Origin: Marsupella aquatica
Lineage: Eukaryota; Plantae; Marchantiophyta
Assembly: GCA_973895155.1 (NCBI GenBank)
Contig: OZ316894.1
Span: forward strand, 9,076,234 to 9,140,233
Direction of reading: 5' to 3'
Length of the DNA stretch: 64,000 bases
The position numbers were made by a program, and so were the translations under genes. Numbering within the stretch: the stretch's first letter is position 1; every line of letters begins with the position of its first letter. Below the pieces are notes generated by a model that ran no database searches, had not been told where the DNA came from, and saw nothing but the letters and a program-made list of their open reading frames with translations. Below, piece after piece: positions 50,701-62,200 of this stretch.

Positions 50701-53700
50701 GTTGATTTTCAATGCTAGTCTGACTATAGATTGTATGTGTTATTTCCTATTTTTTTTAAACTTGGTGATGACAAAGAACTACTAGGACTTACTAGTACTA
50801 AGCTAACATTGTGCGAAGTGCAACCTCCCTTTAAAATTGAATCCATTCAGATTCTCACTTCCAAAGATCCATGTTGTAATGATATGATAGCTAATGCTTA
50901 ATCATTTTGAGAAGCTGATTGAAAGACTAAGTCAACTTGTATAGATCATACATGAATGACAAAGATTGAAGTGCTCCATCTTTCAAAAAGAGATGCAATT
51001 GCAAACTATGAACTACAAGACAATAAGTCCACCAGAATGGTTGACTGGAAACAATGACAAATGATGATAAATTACCATATGCCCCATCAAGTTCAATTTG
51101 AACTTATTAAACTACCCCCAGCTAGCAATTTTCCTTAAGCAATACAACCTCTTCCATTAGCACCTTGATTAGAGTAACTACATATAAACATAGGAAAAAC
51201 TTCAAATAATCCTTCAATCTCCTGACAGGTCCAAAAGCTCCAAGGTTTGCTGGCAACAATATGTGCACTTGTCTAGATAAAGGAAGGAAATTTGAGATGA
51301 AAGAAATGATAAGAATGAAATTCGTGCAACAACTTAGTTTAAGAAGGGAATTAACACTTGAGAAGATTAAATTGAGGAAAGAGCATGAGAATGAGGAGAG
51401 AGCTTCATGCAAATTCTATTTCTCAAGTGATCATGCAAAGCCTTTTAAGGTGGGAAAACAAGAAGGACTCCTCCGTCTGGCACTAACAAGGCTTTGCCCT
51501 TTGAGCCAATGTCACAAAGTATTGATGAAAAATCCTTGCAAGGTAATTCCTCTCGTACATCAGGAGCTTCAGCGTGATAATGGGTGGAATGCTGCAAGAT
51601 TGCAAAGAGTGAAGACCCCCACAAAGATTTCTTATGCGGATATTGAATATGACCCTAAACAAATTGACCAAATGAAGTGCACTAAAAAAAGACCCGTGAA
51701 TTTTGGGTAGGATTCATCTTGCCTCTAAGTCATAACTATTAGAAGTTTTCATGTAATTATATGAATTATGTAACTATCATTGGAAAACAATTCCCAACCC
51801 CCTTCCACTCAAGATGCACAGAAAACACCCCAAGGACACACAAACTGCGACTGGATAATTTCCTGCTGATTTAGTTTATTATATATGACGACTGGGGTTA
51901 CTTAATGTTCAGCATTATCATAACTATGTGTATTCAATTTCTAACATTTAATTAATTATATGAAGTCAATATAGATTATCAATAGGCTATATATTTTTTT
52001 ATCCATCAACGGTGATCACCCAGGGAAATTCCAGCTCATAGTATAACATGCTGGGTGGGTCATTTCATTCCAATTGATTAACTTAGGTAGCACTATCTTA
52101 ATGCACTTATTGATGTTCACAATGCAAGTAAAGCTACTTGCCAACAAGTTTTCATTAAACTTAATGCAACATGCCTGGAGTACTATGGACACCTACTAAG
52201 CTCTATTGGAGATGCTTGCTGACCATGCAGACATTTGAGGATAGAACCATTAGCATTGTCAAGCCTCAGCTCTGACAATACAACACACATTGAGGAAGAC
52301 AAATTGCTTAAACCGGTAACTGTTATCTCCAAATTCAGGGATTGCGAGAGCAATAAAAGGTCCTCTGCAAAATTCATCTATCTCGACGACTCAATAGAAA
52401 TTTTGATCTACCCTGAATTGACCTATGGTGATGATCACATAATATTTGTAGATGATCAGCTACATGACCCTGTGTGTTACAAAAAGCAAGCTAAGGCATT
52501 ATCACAACCTGGGCAAATGCCTCAACTGCATGTGGATGGTGAAGTCTACTCTCAATTGGGGATATTGTAATACTTTTGACACGGTTATCCCCTGTTGATT
52601 CTCTTAAGGGAGAATCAACATTTGTCTACTTTCATCTTGGAGGCAATTTTGTAGATCCCAGGTATATGTAGACCATTGGATGGAAGGATATTCACATGCC
52701 ATCATAACATGCATGCAAATTTAAGACTGTCATCTGTATTGAAGTATCAAAATTAGGGAAAGAGCCCATCAAGAGTAGGAGAATGTCTTTTTGGTTGAAT
52801 CAGATGTACTTACGAACACGCATTAAAGCACAAAACAAATGAGGTTTGAATTGTCCATTTGTCCCACAAACTTACACTGATATAGCATACTCATCCCGGA
52901 ACATGCTTTATTTTCTGTCTTGTAGTGATGTGAAAGTAAATAAAATATGAGAGCATAGAAGTGCTGTTATATAAGTAAAGTGTCTGCCAAGGAAAGCACA
53001 GTGACCAAGAAAAGGTACAGTCAAAAGATGCTACGATGTGTGCACTTAACTCAGGGTGCCTTATGAATGACACTCCTTTCAATAAAAACCATAAACCTAG
53101 GAAAGAAAAACATGAGGAGAACTTAATAGGCTATGCATTCATGTTCTTCAACATCATTTCTCTCACTCGTGGTGGTGGAGCGTTTGGTTTCATCTCTAAG
53201 AAAACACATACTGTGAAAGGGGGCTGCCAAAATAAGTTCAAAACACTCTAGAATACCTAAAACTAAAGGGGTCTAAAAATTAATTAAAAATGTATAGAAT
53301 ACAAAGGCTGCCCCTTGATAAGGCAGATTGAAATGAAAATACATGACACAAAAATCTGAATAAGACAAAATATGTAATGTGCATTCACCATATATAGCAG
53401 CTTCAAAAATGAAACTTTTCTCCATCAATACACTGATATAGTTGCTGGTTTGCGCATCCAATGTCCAGACCTGCAAAAACACACAATTTGATCACTAAAT
53501 AGTGCAACCTGCATGAGTAGCAACCACACATACAACTAAAATTAATCAGTTTACAAAGCATGCAATTTTGTGATCCAGAATGAAGTTTGTGAATGGAGAT
53601 GAACCTTCAAAGGCATTGCTGTTGAGAATTGGAGAGTTTGATCATAGTGGCCGTTGGCACCCAAACATATACGTTTGTGTTTATTCCACAGCTTTTGATC

Positions 53701-54960
53701 CGAGAGGAGTTGAGGTTTGGAAATTTTTGGCAAAGACTTATGTTCCAAACTTGCCATTTTTACATCAAAGCAAAAGGGCTCCGGCTATGCTTCAGGTACG
53801 GATATTTCAAAATATTTTCAGTGATCGCATTCTAGATGATAAGTGAATTTTTCTATTGCATTTTAATTTTAAGCTGCCAAAAAAGAGAAAAAGCGCAAAA
53901 AAACTGCAGTTTTTGGTGATTATGGTTCTTACTTCCTGTTCAAATACCCTGTTCCGTAAGGTTTATTCTAAAAGTCCTTTTTTGCACCACTTAGTGTGCA
54001 ATGAGCTTTATTAAAATATCTGGAATAAGGGTTCAAAAAATACCTTAGTTGTCTCCTCTGATTGCTTTAGAGCCATTAGTTTTTAGATTTCTAAGTGTAT
54101 CATAAAATGACCAAATGGTTGCAAGTGATGCTGGTGCCCCCAATAGCGAGACCCCAGGCAGGCCTGTGAATGAACAGCCTTGATAGACGTGTCTTTAACA
54201 AAATTGAGAATGAACTCTACAACTACCTTCGTGTTACCCTAGCTTCCAATTCAACCAGAATAGATGGAGAATTGATCTATTTCTCATTCAATACTCCATA
54301 CATATAAAGATTCTTTGTAAAAAATCCCAGAAATTAAACGTCCCTTGCAATCTCAATGAACATAAATCAATCAAAGTATTTCCATCAATGGTGTGGGAAA
54401 CATTGAGCGTACGTTGGGCAAAGTTAACATAACACGACTCACAGTAATATATGTTTACAAATATTAAGCTACTAGTTTTTCTTTATTTGCCCTAAGTGTG
54501 GAGAAAACACCCTAGCTCGCACCAGGATTAGGCTGGTAAAGCATTTTGTGTATGTGTAATTTTTCTCTTCACTTATGCTGGCTTCTTGCAATGGCTTGAT
54601 TGACTTTATCTGTAGACCAAAGTTTTGCATTTCAAACCTAGAAGGGGAGATCTAATTCTCAGGGTCCAACCATTATCCATGAGCCAAACATCTCCCGACT
54701 CCAGTATGGATTCAATAATTAATCAGGAGATTGGAGAAGATGAAGACGACCCGAAAGAAGACCTGGTGTTGTTGTGGTGGGACAAAGATTTTGACACAAT
54801 CCACAAAGATATTATTGTTAGAATGCACATTCAGCCTGCACCCAACAGAAAGTCCAATCACTTCCCCAATTATGCAGGTAGAGTTGAATTGTATTCAAGA
54901 ACAATAAACAAATCGTGGTGCTTTATGGGACGAGACCAACTCAATTTTGGTTCTCTATAA
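47728..54960 (+). CDS. Multi-exon gene of unknown function (approximate exons ~48.0-48.5k, ~48985-50490, 51229-51706, 52231-~52540, 53579-53795, 54616-54960)
   Basis: A series of same-strand ORFs bounded by plausible acceptors (CTGACAG|GT 51228, CATGCAG 52230, GATCCAG 53578, CTGTAG 54615) and donors (TTCAG|GTAC 53795). Long low-complexity N-terminal part and globular-looking C-terminal exons. Exact structure unresolved. Confidence 0.55.
53065..53408. repeat. Dispersed AT-rich repeat, copy 2 (intronic)
   Basis: Homologous to 36370-36712. Confidence 0.75.
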
Positions 54961-56922
54961 ATTGAGGCATGATGAAAGGGAGCCCTTCAATCAGTTCGCT
55001 TGCAAGACTCCTTGGTGTTTCACCAACTTCACGGGTAAACGCATCTTCATCAAAGTGAGCATCTGTGTGTCATTATAATTGAAATAAAATAATGCGCCAC
55101 CCCACTGAAATTTACCTTGTCCAGCTGGCTAATATATGTAGGATTGGTTCATATATTTAAAATCTCTGCAATAGAGTTGTGGGCACCAAACAAAAATAAT
55201 CAATGCAATGTATGACCTTGAGGTCAAAATTGTTGAAATGATCCCCAATAGTGTACATTTGGGCACTAAGAGGGAACTTGTTTAGACCGCCCAAAATTAT
55301 CCTTTCCCCTTCCAAATGTTTGATGAATTAATTAATCTATAAAAACTAGAAAATTACAGTCATTTGAACATCATAGTGTTTAATACGACTCAGACAGTTG
55401 TCCAATGAGCAGGATCCAACTGAAAATCAAATTTTCAGGACACGTCAAACTTCCAATGGAGCAAACAATAGTTAATGAAACTTTTTTGGCATCCAGCGCC
55501 GTAACTTAGTGACATTCCAAAAATGTTGGTCTGGAAAAAAATGCTGGCCTGGTCAGATTATTTGGAGATTATTCAATTCCAAATGCAACAGGCAAAGTAC
55601 ATAAGAAAAGCTCCAGAATATGTTTTGGGGTTGAAACAGGTAGCAAACACATGTTTTGGTTACCCTCGAAATACTGGAAAAAGCACATTGAGAAACCATT
55701 TAGCTGGGGAAAATTAAAGTTACCACTTGCAGCAGCATGAAAGCAAGTTAGAAAAATACTCTGGGATCCAGAATTGCCAACCAGGGTTTAGACGACACTA
55801 ATCAAAATCTAGTTTTACTCGGAAAGTACCTTAAGCTAGGATGGAGTCAGAAAATATCGATGAATCTGCATGTCCAATCCAATATGATCTACATCTGTTA
55901 AGGTATCAGCAAGAATTCAGAGGATCGTTGATATCCTAAAGAAGTGACAGCTAGCACCATAGTTATGAAGTTCTTTTGAGCAATCTATTTTCTGCTTGCT
56001 CTCTTTGTTGGGTTATGCATGATTGGGTGGATACACGTAAGGTCATCTCACTTTAATTTATAATACTATGGTAGCAGGTCTCTTCAATTCAAGTTATAAT
56101 ACTACCGTAGCAGGTTACTTCACTTCACTTTTATTTTATAATAATTTATAATACTAGCCTGAGTGCAATTCTTTAAAGAGAGAACATTTAAGCCATTTTG
56201 CGAGATTCACCCTACCCTCAATCTGAGTCACTGTCTACAGACTTTCACAGATGGTAGTTACATAATTAGATAGCACTCAGTTACATAGTTGGATGACACT
56301 CTAGCTCAAACAATATATATGCCAGCATATATATATATGGCATCACATTGAAATAATGTAATAGTGACAAAAAGTAGTCTTGGCCAATTTGGGCAAAAAC
56401 TACAGTAGCAGTTTACCACCTAGCCTCAAACCCACTAGCCAGAATATTAAGGATATCGTCAGATCTATGGAGATTAGGAGAAGTAATGGTAAAAAACTAT
56501 TGATAGTGAAACTAGATAGTCAATACTCTTAGCATCGTCTCCTTCACGTGATATTAGCCTCCCTGGAGAAAACCAATTTTTTTTTAAGGATTGACGGGAC
56601 TACAATATTTACGTGCATATGGGGAGCCATGAGGCTGTCAATAGTGAATGCAACAATGGCATTAAATTCTCCACCAGAACTGAGCTCAAGCTGGAGTCGG
56701 TATACTGATCGTCAATACTTTATTGTCCGGCAAGAACTGGAGACTCAATTCGCTGGACTTGTGGGCAGCCATATGACAGCAGGTGCGATGGAACTGCATG
56801 ATTTTGGAACTTTCGGAAGAAATCAGAATCAGCTCAAGATTACAGGAGGCAGCTGCCTGAGTTTTCTCAATGAGGCTCACTCCGAAATCGAAGTTGACAG
56901 CACTCATTTCTCGACGGATACG

Positions 56923-57537
56923 CTAATTTTGACCACTGAGAAGCGATGTTGTTCTGTAGCTGGGATTCGATGATTTGCGGCCGAGGAGTTCTTCATTGAT
57001 GTTCGCTGTTGGCACTTGAATTTGGCCCCAGAACGCGTCCTGAAACTCGACTTGGGCAGGTAGGATTCTCCTCGGGGAAGTTTCAGTGATTGGGGAAGCA
57101 GGAGAAGGAAAGATAGTGATCCGCGAGGAGGGATGGTGATGATTGGTACAGCGTACTGCATCCAACCTAGATTCGTGATGCTCGATCGAGCTTCCATTGC
57201 CAATCTGCGCGCCTGTGAACCCCAAATTCTCTTTTGATGAATGAGGGCGACTTTGGAGATTCTTTTGAGGCCTCGTATAATCCGGAGGATATGGACGGAT
57301 CCAAACCGTCTCTGGAGTCGGCTGACCCATTCCTTCCAGCGACACCAAGCTCTTGTTCCAAAACAGATTTTGGAACTCAATCTCTATTGGTAATGGTCCC
57401 AGATCTGCAGGAGCTGCAGCACCGGGCTCAGAGATCGAAGAAATGGTGGTGCCAGCTGATGGAGAGATATCTAGTTGGGCGCGGCCTGGCACTACGATGG
57501 GTGCAATAGGATGCCATGGGAATTGGAGTTTTCTCAT
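56923..57537 (-). CDS. Possible single-exon Pro/Ser-rich hypothetical protein (204 aa)
   Basis: ATG-initiated ORF in a GC-richer island. No recognisable domain, and several ORFs overlap it. Confidence 0.35.
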   Translation of the reverse strand: MRKLQFPWHPIAPIVVPGRAQLDISPSAGTTISSISEPGAAAPADLGPLPIEIEFQNLFWNKSLVSLEGMGQPTPETVWIRPYPPDYTRPQKNLQSRPHSSKENLGFTGAQIGNGSSIEHHESRLDAVRCTNHHHPSSRITIFPSPASPITETSPRRILPAQVEFQDAFWGQIQVPTANINEELLGRKSSNPSYRTTSLLSGQN

Positions 57538-59238
57538 CGTTGAAGCTTAGTTAGGCCCTCGAAGTTCTCTGTTTGGGAATGCTAGGGCCCCAAATTAAAT
57601 ACTGTCACGATGCTCCGCCGTCGCCAAAGGCATATGACAGTTGAGATATATAGCTGGTCTTGCAGGAATAAATATAGAGTCACTTTGTTTCTTCACCACC
57701 TCTGGCTGGGCAAAATCATTCAGCAACGTGAATTTACGTTAATTGTCGGCAGTTTGTTGTTAATCAGGAGTTCACAAACAAGAACTTCACTCACAGCTCA
57801 CAGCTCAGAAGGCTTGAACTAAATGATAGCGAAGAAAACAAATTTTCAAAATTTCACAATGGTGCAATCATTTGCCTCTAAATTATTTTGGTCTAATTTT
57901 TCTGGAGATCAATTTTTTTCAAGGTTTTAAATGAGTCGGGCAACGACTCCTTGTAAAATTGTGTAACGCGTAGTTCAGACACAATTCAGATTTTGAGGGT
58001 TGATGGCGAAGCTTAACCAGTTCTGGACTAACTTGGACATGACAGTACGTGCTTAGATAGCTCGGGCTTTAAGGAGCTAGAGCTCACAGATCCCACTGAG
58101 ATACATACTTCACCGTCCCAAGCCTTCTGGAATTTATGTCACAATTGACGATTCAAGCATGTGCCAGAAAAGATGTATGTGATAGAAATTGGAACTGCGA
58201 ATCCCAGCTCACCAAAAGCCTCTTTCATTACAGTTTGAATCTTGGCTATCATGTAATGAAAAATGTCAGTGAAATGACAATCATAGGGAAGCGTGCACAG
58301 AGTTTGCATCGACACGTGAAGCACACTAATTTGGATGCAGCAGTCCAGTCCACTTTAGTTGAGGCGATCCAGCATTGGCTGATCGGGAGAGTCATTCAAC
58401 AGTATAAATTGTGGCAACTGGCAAGTAACGGACGTTAATATACGTTTGTAAAAAGAACAGCCGTTACTTTATTGGTCGATGTAGCTCGAAACCGCAAACA
58501 GTCGTATCTAATATTGATGCGGCTTGGTTCCGAAGTTCTGATAAATTCTCAGTCAAAATGTTACACTTGCCAAGTACAAAGTTCTCGAAGGTCATAAAAT
58601 GAAATAAAACCACGAACTCGATTTCGATCAGGACTGAAGGATCGAGCTGGTTTGATCTGGCTGTTGGCCGGGCTTAATTAGTTGTCGGCAAGAGGACAAC
58701 TTCGGGCCCAAATTAATGAAGAGCAGGAATGAAATCCCATTCAACTTTAATTACAGTTCGTGCTCGATTGCGTCTGGACAGGTACTTCGTCGAGACTATT
58801 GAACCGATTTCCATCAGTCAGTCAGTGCATCCCGTGTATTGATCTGTTTTCAATTTGATTAAACTCGAGCATCTTGTATCCAATTGATATTGATGACAGT
58901 TCCTGAAGACGTAGCTGTAAATTTATATCACAAGTTTTCCATTCTTTAAAGCACAGGTCGAAGCCTGAGTATTCCTATGACTGTTAAGGTGCTCAATTCT
59001 CAGGTCATTTCTGTCCACCGAAGTAGCTGTCCAGTCGGTTTTTCCCAAATCAAAATTTTCCTACTCAACAGATTCCTCTCTAGAATCTGATAGACCCAGG
59101 GCAATGTGGGCAAATTGTGAGAAATTCAAAAACACTATTCAGTACCGCTAGACAAGGATGCAATCAATGGTCTCCGCTGAATTCTCTCATCTCTCATCTC
59201 TCATCTCAGTCTCTATTCGTCGCTGCTGGTAGAAGTTA

Positions 59239-62200
59239 TTAGGATTCAAATTTTACACGTTTACGAGGAGGAGCCTGCTGGTTCTCAGATTGCTGTTGAT
59301 CTGCGTTAGAGGTTATGTTCAGACTTCTTTTCAATGAAGACTTTCTCACACGGGGCCCTTTGGGCCCCTCCGCGGCAGAACTTTGCGGAGTCTCCTTAGA
59401 GAGCTGCTCAGACTCGAGTTTGTTTTGCTCCGCCTGCAGTTGAGCAAATATGTTTGTTGTCTCTGGTTCTACCCTCGCATCTGTCGACCCTTCTGAATTA
59501 GTTGGAGGGAAAGTTCTTGGTTCGAATGGGAGGCCTTCAAAGCTCGCAGAGCCTGGACTATTGAGACGCTGTTCTTGAAGTTTGGTATCCTCCACGACGT
59601 CTCGTTGCTCTGATTGCAATTGAGCAAAACCCTTTCTAGTCTCTGCGTCTACGACTAATGACTTCTTCAACAGTGGACGCTTGAATGAAGCCCTTCTGGA
59701 GTCGCGGACGGGCATGGAGCTCTCGTCTGAGCCCTCTGAATTGGTAGGAGAGGCAGATCCCGATGCTTTAGGGAGGCCCTCAAAGCTTGCAGAACGGCTC
59801 AGGCCTACCCCCTGTCTAGTCTCAAATTGTCGTTGCTGATTCCTGGTGTCCTCCTCAATCTGAGCAGCTTGCTCGGATTGTAACTGAGCAAAAATGCGTT
59901 CAGTCCCCGAGTCTGCCATCAATGACCTCTTCAAAACTGGGCGCACAAACGAACTAGACTTTCTGGAGCGGGTCACAGAGCCTTCCTCCGAGCTTTCTGA
60001 ACTAGTTAAAGGCGAAGATCTGGATCCAAAGAGGAGGCCTTCAAAGGCAGCACCTGGACGAGTAGGGCCTCGTTGTTCAGCCTCATTTTGTTCAGATTGT
60101 AATCGAGTGAACTGTTTTGCAGTGTCTTCGTCTCCCAGTACCAGTGACTTCTTCAAAACTGGACGCACAAATAAGGATTGTCTGGGCCGCAAAGGCTGCA
60201 GTACTGATTTTCCATCTGAGCCTTCTGAGGAAGATGATCCTGCACCGCCTACCACGAGGCCTCCAAAACTAGGTGAGCGGCCCACACCTCTTCCTTCACC
60301 TTCTCGTGAACCGAAGCTTTGTCCGCTGCTGGTATCCTGAGCACTTTGCTGATCGGATTGTAATCGAGCAAAAACTTCTGCATTCTCCGAGTCTGCAACT
60401 AATGACTTCTTCAAAACGGGGCGCACAAATAACGACTTTCGGGATCGGGCGGTGGGCACCAAGGTCGACTCACCGGATTGGCCATCCTTAGCGTTGAGCT
60501 TGAGCTCACTACTGCTCGTTTCTGCATTGCCTGAAAGGGGCCCATCAGCTTCATTAAGTTGCTCGGATCTTAACCGGGACAACGTTTCTTCAGTCCCTGC
60601 ATCTGCTACTAGGGATTTCTTCAGAACTGGACGCACAAACAAGGACTTCCTGGAACGCCCACGCCCCAAGTCCCCTGGATCTGAGCCTGAGCTCGGTAGT
60701 CCATCGAAGCTACTTGAGCGCCGGACTCCCGTCTCATCTCTGGCACTCCTAGTGTTCAATTTTTGCGCATTGAGCTCACTACTGCTCGTTTCTGTGTCGC
60801 CTGGAAATTGCTCGGATCGTAACCGGGAAAGCGTTTGTTCAGTCTCCGCATCTAATACGAGGGATTTCTTCAAAACTGGACGCACGAACAAGGATTTCCT
60901 GGATCGCCCACGCCCCAAGTCCCCTGGATCTGAGCCTGAGCTCGGTAGTCCATCAAAGCTACTTGAGCGACGGACTTCCGTCTCATCTCTGGCTGTCCTA
61001 GTGTTCAATGTTTGCGCATTAAGCTCAGTACTGCTCGTTTCTGTGTTGCCTGGAATTTGCTCGGATCTCAATCGGGAAAGCGTTTCTTCAGTCCCTGCAT
61101 CTGCTACGAGGGATTTCTTCAAAACTGGACGGACAAACAGGGATTTCCTGGAACGCCCACGCCCCAGATCCCCTGGATCTAAGCCTGAGCTCGGTACTCC
61201 ATCGAAGCTACTTGAGCGCCGGACTCCCGTCTCATCTCTGGCACTCCTAGTGTTCAATTTTTGCGCATTGAGCTCACTACTGCTCGTTTCTGTGTCGCCT
61301 GGAAATTGCTCGGATCGTAACCGGGAAAGCGTTTGTTCAGTCTCCGCATCTAATACGAGGGATTTCTTCAAAACTGGACGCACGAACAAGGATTTCCTGG
61401 AACGCCCAGGCCGCAGGTCCCCTGGAGCTGAGCCTGAGCCGGGTAGTCCATCGAAGCTACTTGAGCGACGGACTCCCGTCTCATCTCTGGCTGTCCCAGT
61501 GTTCAATCTTTGCGCATTGAGCTCACTACTGCTCGTTTCTGTGTCGCCTTGAAATTGCTCGAATCTTAGCCGGGAAAGTGTTTGTTCAGTCTCCGCATCT
61601 TCTACAAGGGATTTCTTCAAAACTGGACGCACGAACAAAGATGTCCTGGAACGCCCACGCCCCAAGCTCTCTGGATCTGACCCTAATTTGGGTAGTTCAC
61701 CAAAGCTACTTGAGCGACGGACTCCCGTCTCATCTCTAGCACTCCTCGTGTTTAATCTTTGTGCATTGAGCTCACTACTGCTAGTTTCTGTATTTGCTGA
61801 AAGTTGCTCGGATCTTACCCGGGAAATCGTTTGTTCAGTCTCCGCATCTCCCACTAGAGACTTCTTCAGAACTGGACGCACAAACAAGGATTTCCTGGAA
61901 CGACTACGCCCCAGGTCCCCTGGAGCTGAGCCTGAGCTGGGTAGTCCATCGAAGCTACTTGAGCGACGGACTCCCATCCGATCTCCGGCACTCTCAGTGT
62001 TTACTCTCTGCGCATTAGTAATGCTGGCAGGAGGCGGCTGTTGAGCAGCTGGCTGAATCTGCTCTGATCTGACTTGTGCCAAGATTCGAGCTGTTTCTGA
62101 GCCTGCCACCAACGATTCCTTTAGAACTGGGCGCACAAACAAAGACTTTCTGGTTTTAGAACGGGCAGGCACCGATGTGCCAGCCGACTCGGAGCCTTCA

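Noticed and set aside
60452-61552. 366-aa plus-strand ORF
   Set aside because: Antisense shadow of the 249-bp coding repeat.
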